This document shows, in pieces, positions 56,530 through 64,000 of a DNA stretch of 64,000 nt (position 1 is its first letter; every line of letters starts with the position of its first letter). Under the pieces are notes generated by a model. It had not been told where the DNA came from and did not search any database. It worked only from the letters and a program-made list of their open reading frames with translations. Location of the stretch: NCBI GenBank assembly GCA_034666125.1, contig JAXDML010000002.1:4613-68612 (forward strand). The letters run 5' to 3'. The translations under genes and the position numbers were made by a program. The DNA is from Candidatus Parcubacteria bacterium (GTDB lineage: Bacteria > Patescibacteriota > Minisyncoccia > Phycocordibacterales > Phycocordibacteraceae).

Positions 56530-56858
56530 GTGAGACCGGTCCGATAAGCCGAATTCTGTCCCACCGAAGTGAGGACGGTCATCTATCTGGGGTACCTGTT
56601 ACCAGGCACCTCGAGCGGCGCTCCCTATCGCTAGGGCACGGCCTTGCTCCGGGGTAAGGATTTAGCCGTTTCAGCCTGAAATCGCTCTCAGGACGCTCTG
56701 CGGGAGAGCCCCTAGCCTTTCGGCATCGGGCGTTTCTGTTCGCACCTCGCGGATCGCTCCGGACGGGCGTTACCCGCTACCTTGCTGCCTCGTAAAGAGG
56801 CCGGAGTTCGGACTTTCCTCTGGCTTGTGCCAGCGACCGTCTGGGCCGGTCTGGGAGG
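56530..56858 (-). ncRNA. rnpB: RNase P RNA (type A), rnpB
   Basis: Minus-strand transcript contains GAGGAAAGUCCGAACUCC (P4 5' strand), GGUAACGCC, CCCGGAGCAAGGCC and 3' ACAGAAUUCGGCUUAUCGGACCGGUCUC. These align collinearly with E. coli M1 RNA (GAGGAAAGUCCGGGCUCC ... CAGGUAACGCC ... CCCGGAGCAAGGCC ... ACAGAACCCGGCUUAUCGG). P1 pairing is AGACCGG/CCGGUCU. The region is about 330 nt and free of ORFs. Confidence 0.8.
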
Positions 56859-57015
56859 GAATATAGCATGAAATGGAGGGCACGAAACCTATTCTCTCGG
56901 CAGGCTCTTCCTTAGGCTGTCCCCACGCCCCAAAACGTTCATTTTTATACGCGATATACTAGATACGTTACTAGTTGTGCAGGGTTAATCCCGTAATTAC
57001 GGAGTAAAAAATCAT

Positions 57016-59427
57016 ATGGAACCAACAGCTTCCGCATCGACGGCGTCTCACCCGCGACGTACCTCGTTCGATGCGCTGGCCTTGTGGACGTTGACGATCA
57101 CCGCGGCGCTCGCGACTGTAGTCTTCGTCCCCTCGGCGAATATACCGTTCATCTATAGCAAGGTGACCGTGCTCGCGCTCGGCGGGCTCATCACCCTCGG
57201 TTTGTACATCCTCGCGCGTCTGACACGCGGCAACATCATCGTGCCGCCGCTTACGCTCGTGGGTGCGTTCTGGCTCGTGCCGCTGGCGTACGCCCTGTCG
57301 GCCCTCTTTTCGGGGGCGGGACTCGGCTACGGGCTCTTCGGTACGGCACTCGAGACCGACACGCTCGGCTTCATGATCATGCTCGCATCGTTCGCGACGC
57401 TCGCAGCGCTCACGTTCCGCCGTTCGAGCCAGTACCGCATCTTCTTCAAGGTGGGAATCGTGACGCTCGGCATCGTACTCGTCGCGCAGGTGCTCTTCCT
57501 CATCGTCGGGAACCTGTCCACGTCGCTTTCGCCGACAGCGAACCTCGTGGGCTCGTTCTCGGACCTCGGCATGCTCCTGGGCCTCGGAATTGCGCTCGTA
57601 TTGCTCGCATTCAGGTTCCTTACGCTTCCGGAGAAGCTCGTGAAGGTTCTCTGGGGCATAGAGATCCTGAGCCTCTTCATGCTCGCGCTCGTGAACTCGC
57701 GCGTCGTGTGGGTGCTGGTCACGCTCGTCGCGCTCGGCCTCTTCATCGAGGCCATCATGCGCCGGCAGGGCGCTTCGTCCGATGAGGATCTCGAAGGCGT
57801 CGCCATGATCGATTCGGACCGCGAGAACGCGCCGAGGAACGACACGCACGGCCTCGCCGCGCCGTTGGTGACGCTCGTGGCGGCATTGTTCTTCCTGGTT
57901 GGCGGCAACACGCTCGGCGCCTCGCTCGCGGGGGGCCTCGGTACCAGCTATCTCGACGTGCGCCCATCTTGGCAGTCGACATTCGCCGTGGGGGGACACA
58001 CGTACGCGTCTGCGCCGTTGTTCGGCTCGGGCCCTGGTACGTTCGCTCAGGAATGGCTCAAGTTCAAGGACAGGTCCCTGAACGACACGATCTTCTGGAA
58101 CGTTGATTTCACGTCGGGCGTCGGCTTCATCCCGACCTCGTTCATCACGACGGGCATCGTGGGAGCGCTCGCCTGGCTCGCGCTCATCGTCCTGTTCTTC
58201 TTCATCGGTATCCGGTTCCTCCTGTTCCGTGCGCCCGAGGAGCCGTTCGCCAGGTTCGTGGCCATCGCCAGCTTCGTCGGCACGATCTATATCATGCTGC
58301 TCGCGATCTTCGCGATACCCGGCCCGGTAATCCTCACAATAGGGTTCGTCCTCGCCGGACTCTTCGTATCGTCGCTCCGCTACGGCGGTACCCGCAAGGA
58401 GTGGGGTCTCATCTTCTCGCGTAATCCGCGCGTCGGCTTCGTCATAGTCTTCGGGCTCACGCTCATGCTGCTCGCGGCGGTCGTGACGGCATACGTCGTC
58501 ACCGAGCGGTACCTCGCCGACGTGTCGTACCAGAAGGCATCCGGGCTTTTGAGAGCCGGCGACCTTCAGGGCGCGGCGCAGGCGGCGAATCGTTCGCTCA
58601 CCTTCGCCCGGAGCGATCGCTCGTACCAGCTTATGGCCGCCGTGGGCATAGCGCAGATGAACCAGATCGCCTCGAACACGACCCTCTCGCCGTCCGAAGC
58701 CCAGCAGCAGTTCCAGGCGGCGCTCTCAGGCAGCATCGAGGCGGCGCTCGCAGCGACCCAGGCGCGCCCGGACAACTACCAGAACTGGATCGCGCTCGGG
58801 AACGTGTACCAGACCGTCGTGCCGCTCCGCATCGAGGGGGCGTACGAGAACGCGAAGGCAGCCTACGAACGCGCCGCCGCGCTCAACCCGACGAGTCCGG
58901 GGCTTCCGTACATCATGGCGCAGCTCGAGATCGCGCAGGGGAACGGTGCCGCAGCCGAAGAACAGCTGACAAACGCCATCGGCCTGAAGCGCGATTTCAC
59001 GCAGGCGATATTCCTCTTGTCGCAGCTCGAGGTCCAGCTCGGGAAGGCCAAGGAGGCGCTCCAGGCTGCGGAAGCAGCGGCGTACTTCGCGCCGAACGAC
59101 CCGGTCGTGCTCTTCCAGGTCGGCATCCTTCGCTCGAGCACCGGCAACCTCGACGGGGCCATACAGGCACTGTCGCGCGCGGTGGAAGTCAATCCGCAGT
59201 ACGCCAACGCCCGATTCTTCCTGGCCGTGCAGCTCGCCGCAAAGGCGCAGTACGCGCCTGCGATCGAGCAACTGAATGCGGTCGCCGCGCTTTCCCCGGA
59301 GAACGCGCAAGCGGTCGACGGTTATATCACGGTGCTCGGGCAAGGCAGAAATCCTTTCCCTCGTCCGGGTACGGCCGCAAGCGGCTTCCCACCGGAGGTC
59401 TCCGACGGAAGCGCAGGTGCGCAATAG
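57016..59427 (+). CDS. Polytopic membrane protein, O-antigen-ligase (Wzy_C)-like, with C-terminal TPR repeats
   Basis: 803 aa: about 12 TM N-terminal half with a large loop containing GGHTYASAPLFGSGPGTF, then about 250 aa of TPR-like repeats (ALGNVYQ..., AKAAYERAAALNP..., AIQALSRAVEVNP...). GGAG RBS. Confidence 0.6.
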   Translation: MEPTASASTASHPRRTSFDALALWTLTITAALATVVFVPSANIPFIYSKVTVLALGGLITLGLYILARLTRGNIIVPPLTLVGAFWLVPLAYALSALFSGAGLGYGLFGTALETDTLGFMIMLASFATLAALTFRRSSQYRIFFKVGIVTLGIVLVAQVLFLIVGNLSTSLSPTANLVGSFSDLGMLLGLGIALVLLAFRFLTLPEKLVKVLWGIEILSLFMLALVNSRVVWVLVTLVALGLFIEAIMRRQGASSDEDLEGVAMIDSDRENAPRNDTHGLAAPLVTLVAALFFLVGGNTLGASLAGGLGTSYLDVRPSWQSTFAVGGHTYASAPLFGSGPGTFAQEWLKFKDRSLNDTIFWNVDFTSGVGFIPTSFITTGIVGALAWLALIVLFFFIGIRFLLFRAPEEPFARFVAIASFVGTIYIMLLAIFAIPGPVILTIGFVLAGLFVSSLRYGGTRKEWGLIFSRNPRVGFVIVFGLTLMLLAAVVTAYVVTERYLADVSYQKASGLLRAGDLQGAAQAANRSLTFARSDRSYQLMAAVGIAQMNQIASNTTLSPSEAQQQFQAALSGSIEAALAATQARPDNYQNWIALGNVYQTVVPLRIEGAYENAKAAYERAAALNPTSPGLPYIMAQLEIAQGNGAAAEEQLTNAIGLKRDFTQAIFLLSQLEVQLGKAKEALQAAEAAAYFAPNDPVVLFQVGILRSSTGNLDGAIQALSRAVEVNPQYANARFFLAVQLAAKAQYAPAIEQLNAVAALSPENAQAVDGYITVLGQGRNPFPRPGTAASGFPPEVSDGSAGAQ

Positions 59428-59433
59428 CAGTGC

Positions 59434-61128
59434 ATGGTGCGGCGGATATTCAGCAGATTAACCGCCCCGGTACGCGGCCTTCATCAGGCCGCGTACTTGC
59501 TGGCTGGGCTGACTCTCGCGTCGCAGGTGCTCGCTCTTTTGCGCGACCGCTTATTCGCTCACCTCTTCGGCGCGGGCGAGGTCCTCGACCTCTACTACGC
59601 GGCGTTCAGGATACCGGATCTCGTCTTCGCTCTCGTGGTATCGCTCGTATCGGCCTACGTGCTCATCCCGCGCATCGCGGGGCTTACGGAACAGGGCGAG
59701 AAGAAGAAGGCGCGCGAACTCATGTCGCAGACCGCGTCCTTCCTCCTCATCGGTGCCGGACTGATAGCGCTCGTACTTGCCATCGTCGCACCGCATGCGC
59801 TCTCCGCGCTCTTTCCGGCCTTCAGGGACTCGGCGCATGCGGCGGACTTCGTCCTCCTGTCCAGGCTCCTCCTGCTACAGCCAATCTTGCTCGGACTCTC
59901 GAGCATCCTGTCGAGCGTGACGCAGCTGAATCGCCGATTCTTTCTGTTCGCGCTCTCGCCGGTGCTGTATAACCTGGGGATCATCCTCGGAACGGTGCTG
60001 CTCTACCCCTACTACGGGCTTATCGGCATCGGCATCGGGGTCCTTATCGGCGCGGTCGCGCACCTGGCGGTGCACGTGCCGGTGGTGCAGAGGGCGGGGC
60101 TCCTGCCGCGGCTCCTGTTTCCGGATCTGCGGCTCCTCTGGGGAATCGCGCGTGACTCGGTACCGCGCTCGCTCGCGCTCGCGCTCGGATCGTTCTCGAC
60201 CCTGCTTCTGGTCTCGCTCGCATCCCGCACGGGGGAGGGGGGCGTCGCGGTCTTCACGATCGCGGGGAATCTCGAGACGGTCCCGCTTTCGCTCATCGGT
60301 GCGGCGTACGCGACCGCGGCTTTTCCCGTCCTTGCCGAACAGATGGGCGGGAAGCATGTAGAGGCCTTCCGCACGACGCTCATCGTCGCCTTCAGGCACG
60401 TCATCTTCTGGTCATCGGTCATCACCGTGCTCGCTATCGTGCTGCGCGCGCACATCGTGCGCGTCCTCTACGGCACCGGGGCCTTCGGCTGGGATGACAC
60501 CCGCCTCACCGCGGCCATCTTCGCCGTGCTCGTCGTGGGACTCCTCGCCCAAGGCATCGTGCTTCTGGCTTCGCGCGCGTTTTACGCCTCCGGACGTTCC
60601 TGGAATCCGTTCCTGGTACAGCTCTGCGGCCTTGTCCTCTCGATCGTGAGCGCGTACGGGCTCTTGAAGCTCGCGTGGGAAGTCCCCATGGTACGCTACT
60701 TCTTCGAATCGATGCTCCGCGTATCGGATGTGCCGGGATCGGGTATCCTCCTCATCGCCCTCGGCGCTACCCTGGGACAGGTCGCGATGGCCGTGCTCGC
60801 GCTCCTGTCGCTTCGCCAGGTCGCCCCGGGCGTCGCCAGGTCGCTCGCTCGCCCCCTCTTCGAAGGGCTCGGCGCGGCCATCCTGGGAGGCGCCGCCGCG
60901 TACGGAGCGCTCGCGCTCATGGGCGCCATCGCGCCGCTCACGAAGGTCCTCATCGTGGTTGCGGAAGGCGCCGTAGCTGGTATCGTGGGCTTACTTGTAG
61001 CCGGCACGGTGCTGAGCGTCCTCGAGAACCAGGAATTCCGGGATCTCGCCTCCTCCTTGAGGCGAATGACCACCGCGAAGGCGCTGCAGCCGCACGGCGC
61101 CATCATCAATGACCAGACAAATACGTAA
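59434..61128 (+). CDS. murJ: Lipid II flippase MurJ (MviN)
   Basis: 564 aa, about 14 TM. N-terminal LLRDRLFAHLFGAGEVLDLYYAAFRIPDL region typical of MurJ. Confidence 0.85.
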   Translation: MVRRIFSRLTAPVRGLHQAAYLLAGLTLASQVLALLRDRLFAHLFGAGEVLDLYYAAFRIPDLVFALVVSLVSAYVLIPRIAGLTEQGEKKKARELMSQTASFLLIGAGLIALVLAIVAPHALSALFPAFRDSAHAADFVLLSRLLLLQPILLGLSSILSSVTQLNRRFFLFALSPVLYNLGIILGTVLLYPYYGLIGIGIGVLIGAVAHLAVHVPVVQRAGLLPRLLFPDLRLLWGIARDSVPRSLALALGSFSTLLLVSLASRTGEGGVAVFTIAGNLETVPLSLIGAAYATAAFPVLAEQMGGKHVEAFRTTLIVAFRHVIFWSSVITVLAIVLRAHIVRVLYGTGAFGWDDTRLTAAIFAVLVVGLLAQGIVLLASRAFYASGRSWNPFLVQLCGLVLSIVSAYGLLKLAWEVPMVRYFFESMLRVSDVPGSGILLIALGATLGQVAMAVLALLSLRQVAPGVARSLARPLFEGLGAAILGGAAAYGALALMGAIAPLTKVLIVVAEGAVAGIVGLLVAGTVLSVLENQEFRDLASSLRRMTTAKALQPHGAIINDQTNT

Positions 61129-62905
61129 CTTCAGCATCATCGCGCACATAGACCACGGGAAGTCGACGCTTGCCGACCGGATGCTCGAACGTACCGGCAC
61201 GATCGAGGCGCGGAAGATGCGCGACCAGGTGCTCGATTCGATGGACCTCGAACGCGAACGCGGCATCACGATCAAGATGCAGCCTGCGCGCATGAAATAC
61301 CGCGCACCGGACGGTGAGGAATACGTATTGAATCTCATCGACACTCCGGGACATATCGACTTCGCGTACGAGGTCTCGCGCGCCTTATCGGCGGTCGAAG
61401 GAGTCATCCTGCTTGTCGATTCGACACAGGGCGTGCAAGCGCAGACCCTGACGACGCTCGGCATGGCGCGAAAGGCCGGCTGCGTCATCATCCCCGTCCT
61501 CTCGAAGGTCGATTCGCCGTACGCGCGCATCGACGACGTGCGGTTCGAGCTCGCAGAACTCCTTTCCGTGCCTGAGGAGACCGTGCTCGCCGTTTCGGGA
61601 CGGACGGGCGAAGGGGTCGAAGAGCTGCTTCGGAAGGTCGTGGATATCGTCCCGCCGCCGCGCGCGAGCGCCGGAGGCGCGGCACGCGCCCTCATCTTCG
61701 ACTTCTCGTACTCGACGCATCGCGGGGTCGCGGTGTATGCGCGCATCTTCGACGGCACGCTTAAGAAGGGCGACGTACTCGAGTTCAAGGCCGCGGGGAA
61801 GCGCTTCACGACGCTCGAGACCGGCATCTTCATGCCCGACGAGACCCCGACGGAAAGGCTCGAGACGGGAGAGATCGGATACATCGTGACCGGCATTAAG
61901 GAGCCGGGCGTGGTGGCGGTCGGTGATACGATAGCCACCGACAAAGCCGGAGCGGAAGCGCTCGCGGGATTCGAGCGTCCGCGTCCGGTCGTCTGGGCCT
62001 CGGTCTATCCGAAGAACCAGGACAGCCTGCCCGATCTGCGCCAGGCCCTAGAGCGTCTTCGCCTTACCGACTCGTCCTTGTCCTTCGAGGAGGAATCCTC
62101 GGGCGTCCTTGGGCGCGGCTTCCGTTGCGGCTTCCTCGGCATGCTCCACCTCGAGATCATCACCGAGCGCCTGCGCCGCGAGTTCAGCCTCGACCTTATC
62201 GTCACGATACCGACCATCGCGTACAGCGTCACCACCAAGAATGGCCAGAAGGAAGTAGTCTATACACCATCCAAGTTTCCGGCGTACGGCGAGACCTTCG
62301 CCGTCGAGGAGCCCTGGGTGAAGGTCATCCTCATTACGCCCAACGAATCCCTATCGGGCATGATCCAGCTCTTTCAGGACCACGAAGGAGCGATCGAGAA
62401 GACCGAGACGCTGATCGACGGGCGCATCGAGCTCATCGTCGAGATGCCGCTTCGGGAGCTCATGCGCGGTTTTTTCGACCGGGTCAAGAACGTGTCCTCG
62501 GGATACGCCTCGCTTTCATACGAATTCCTCGACGAGCGTCCGGCAGACGTAGTGAAGCTCGAGATCGTCGTCGCTGACGAGGCGATCCCGGCATTCGCGC
62601 GAGTGGTCAGCCGTCGCCGCGTCGAGGAGGAGGGCGAGCGCATGGTGGAGAAGCTCCACGGCATCCTCCCGCGCCAGCAGTTCGTGACGAAGATTCAGGC
62701 GCACGCCCTCGGCCGCATCCTCTCCTCCAAGACCCTCTCAGCGTTCCGCAAGGACGTGACGGGATACCTTTATGGCGGTGATATCACCCGCAAGATGAAA
62801 CTCCTCGAGAAACAGAAGAAAGGGAAGAAGCGGCGCGGCGTGCACGCCAAGATGGACATCCCGCAGGAGGTGTTCATGAAGATGGTGCAGGATTCGGAAC
62901 GCTAG
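61109..62905 (+). CDS. lepA: Elongation factor 4 (LepA)
   Basis: IRNFSIIAHIDHGKSTLADRMLERTG G1 motif, 598 aa, LepA-specific C-terminal domain. Overlaps murJ by 20 nt. Confidence 0.9.
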   Translation: MTRQIRNFSIIAHIDHGKSTLADRMLERTGTIEARKMRDQVLDSMDLERERGITIKMQPARMKYRAPDGEEYVLNLIDTPGHIDFAYEVSRALSAVEGVILLVDSTQGVQAQTLTTLGMARKAGCVIIPVLSKVDSPYARIDDVRFELAELLSVPEETVLAVSGRTGEGVEELLRKVVDIVPPPRASAGGAARALIFDFSYSTHRGVAVYARIFDGTLKKGDVLEFKAAGKRFTTLETGIFMPDETPTERLETGEIGYIVTGIKEPGVVAVGDTIATDKAGAEALAGFERPRPVVWASVYPKNQDSLPDLRQALERLRLTDSSLSFEEESSGVLGRGFRCGFLGMLHLEIITERLRREFSLDLIVTIPTIAYSVTTKNGQKEVVYTPSKFPAYGETFAVEEPWVKVILITPNESLSGMIQLFQDHEGAIEKTETLIDGRIELIVEMPLRELMRGFFDRVKNVSSGYASLSYEFLDERPADVVKLEIVVADEAIPAFARVVSRRRVEEEGERMVEKLHGILPRQQFVTKIQAHALGRILSSKTLSAFRKDVTGYLYGGDITRKMKLLEKQKKGKKRRGVHAKMDIPQEVFMKMVQDSER

Positions 62906-62930
62906 GTTCGGTCTTGGTATACTGGCGAGG

Positions 62931-63287
62931 ATGATCCGCCGGACCGCAAAGAATCGCGCACGCGAGTACGCCACCGCAGTCGTGCTCGCGCTCCTCATCA
63001 TCTGGCTCCTTTCGCTCATCTGGAACATCGCGCGGAAGGAGGAGATCGCGCGCGGTACGGTGAGGGAAACGCAGGCCGAACTCGCCCAGACCAAGGAGCG
63101 TGAGGCGATACTCGAGTCGAACCTCGCGGAACTCGGTACCGACCGCGGCCAGGAGGCGTCGCTCCGCCAGACCTTCGGGGTTGCGAAGCCCGGCGAGGAG
63201 GTTATCATCGTCGTGCCCGAGAAGGAGGTTGCGGCGCCCCCGGAACTGCCGTGGTGGCGGAAGGCGCTCGATTTCATAGGGCTCTAG
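62931..63287 (+). CDS. Septum-formation-initiator-like (FtsB/DivIC family) protein
   Basis: 118 aa: N-terminal TM, then a coiled coil (ARGTVRETQAELAQTKEREAILESNLAEL). Family call from architecture only. Confidence 0.5.
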   Translation: MIRRTAKNRAREYATAVVLALLIIWLLSLIWNIARKEEIARGTVRETQAELAQTKEREAILESNLAELGTDRGQEASLRQTFGVAKPGEEVIIVVPEKEVAAPPELPWWRKALDFIGL

Positions 63288-63288
63288 A

Positions 63289-63359
63289 GCGGGATTCGTT
63301 CAGTGGCAGGACGCGACCTTCCCAAGGTTGAGACACGGGTTCGATTCCCGTATCCCGCA
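63289..63359 (+). tRNA. tRNA-Gly (anticodon CCC)
   Basis: Acceptor GCGGGAT/ATCCCGC; D-arm GTTCAGTGGCAGGAC-like; anticodon stem CGACC/GGTTG with loop TTCCCAA; T-arm GGGTTCGATTCCC. Starts 1 nt after the ftsB-like stop; no encoded CCA. Confidence 0.8.
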
Positions 63360-63649
63360 CAGATCATACACACGCACTCATAAGGCACGGCCTTGATACG
63401 GCTAATTGATGCGAAACGTCTTCGACGACGAATCGGGTATATTTCCGAGGTAGACCTCTTTTCATTAAAAGGAAGACTCACGGCATTGCTACCTTGAGTT
63501 CCTTGTTCCTCCGCAAACGCGGAGTAGCGCCGAAGCGATTTATACCATCAGGATAGCTTGAAGTGGAAGATGGTCAATAAAAAATTATTCTAGATCAACC
63601 AATCCTGTTGATAACCCGAAATGCTATACTACGTGCCTAATACGAATCT

Positions 63650-63892
63650 ATGGACAAAACAGTCACCATCTACAGCACCCCGACCTGCCATTTTTGCCAG
63701 CTTGCAAAGGAATTCCTTACCCAGAACAACGTTGCGTACACGGAGCACAATGTCGCTTCGGACCTGGAGAGGCGCCAGGAGATGATCGAGAAGAGCGGCC
63801 AGATGGGCGTTCCGGTCATCGTCGTGGGCGACGAGCTGATCGTGGGCTTCGACAAGGAGAAGCTCGCCACTGCGGTCGGAGTTCCTGCGTAA
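63650..63892 (+). CDS. Glutaredoxin-like small redoxin (NrdH/YruB-like)
   Basis: 80 aa: TIYSTPTCHFCQLAKEFL CxxC motif plus the glutaredoxin-fold C-terminal GVPVIVVGDELIVGFD. Confidence 0.7.
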   Translation: MDKTVTIYSTPTCHFCQLAKEFLTQNNVAYTEHNVASDLERRQEMIEKSGQMGVPVIVVGDELIVGFDKEKLATAVGVPA

Positions 63893-63904
63893 GATAGGTC
63901 GCAC

Positions 63905-63932
63905 AAAAGGCCCTCCCTCGGAGGGCCTTTTG
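63905..63932 (+). terminator. Intrinsic terminator after the redoxin gene
   Basis: AAAAGGCCCTCC-CTCG-GAGGGCCTTTT. Confidence 0.6.
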
Positions 63933-63949
63933 TGTTAGTCTCGGTTTGA

Positions 63950-64000
63950 GCCCTCGTAGTTCAATGGATAGAACATCTCACTCCTAACGAGATAATGTAG
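63950..64000 (+). tRNA. tRNA-Arg (anticodon CCU), 5' part; continues beyond the window end
   Basis: GCCCTCG-TA-GTTC-AATGGATA-GAAC-A-TCTCA-CTCCTAA-CGAGA-TAATG... Close to E. coli tRNA-Arg(CCU) (GUCCUCUUAGUUAAAUGGAUAUAACGAGCCCCUCCUAAGGGCUAAUUG...). Confidence 0.6.

Noticed and set aside
56971-57999. 342-aa minus-strand ORF
   Set aside because: Antisense to the O-antigen-ligase-like membrane protein; Arg/Glu-rich with no TM or motifs.
63284-63481. 65-aa minus-strand ORF
   Set aside because: It overlaps the tRNA-Gly gene and an AT-rich spacer, and has no RBS.

Overview
This is a high-GC (about 60-65%) bacterial chromosomal segment with short intergenic regions. I called roughly 60 protein-coding genes, most by recognisable motifs, and reassigned start codons where the ORF track over-extends. 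Housekeeping and stress genes: groES-groEL, a lexA-dinB SOS pair, typA, lepA, murJ, mltG, uppP, htpX, lemA, RNase J, a DEAD-box helicase, a P-type cation ATPase and a ribonucleotide reductase catalytic subunit with an ATP-cone. Repair and redox genes: msrA, msrB, a VKOR-family protein, a DsbA-like protein, a glutaredoxin-like protein, nth, a MutY-like glycosylase and an MGMT-like protein. Secreted or membrane genes: three canonical NUDIX genes plus one degenerate one, a secreted CAP/SCP protein, a solitary family-5 solute-binding protein, and a 1,846-aa secreted surface protein with a C-terminal peptidoglycan-binding domain. Together this suggests a small-genome, surface-attached lifestyle, possibly Patescibacteria/CPR-like; that is inference only. 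RNA genes read directly from the sequence: tRNA-Ser(GGA), tRNA-Gly(CCC), a partial tRNA-Arg(CCU) at the window edge, and a type-A RNase P RNA on the minus strand between the RNR gene and the O-antigen-ligase-like gene; the ORF track cannot show it. Four things deserve a second look. (1) A two-gene cassette at 44262-46926, between htpX and tRNA-Ser, has codon usage distinct from its neighbours and encodes two uncharacterised membrane proteins. (2) The giant modular surface protein sits immediately 3' of tRNA-Ser. (3) A promoter, a roughly 235-nt structured leader and a terminator lie upstream of a HAD-PiT-PspC operon. (4) A LexA-operator-like site is shared by lexA-dinB and a divergent small membrane protein. 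I found no CRISPR array, transposase or integrase.
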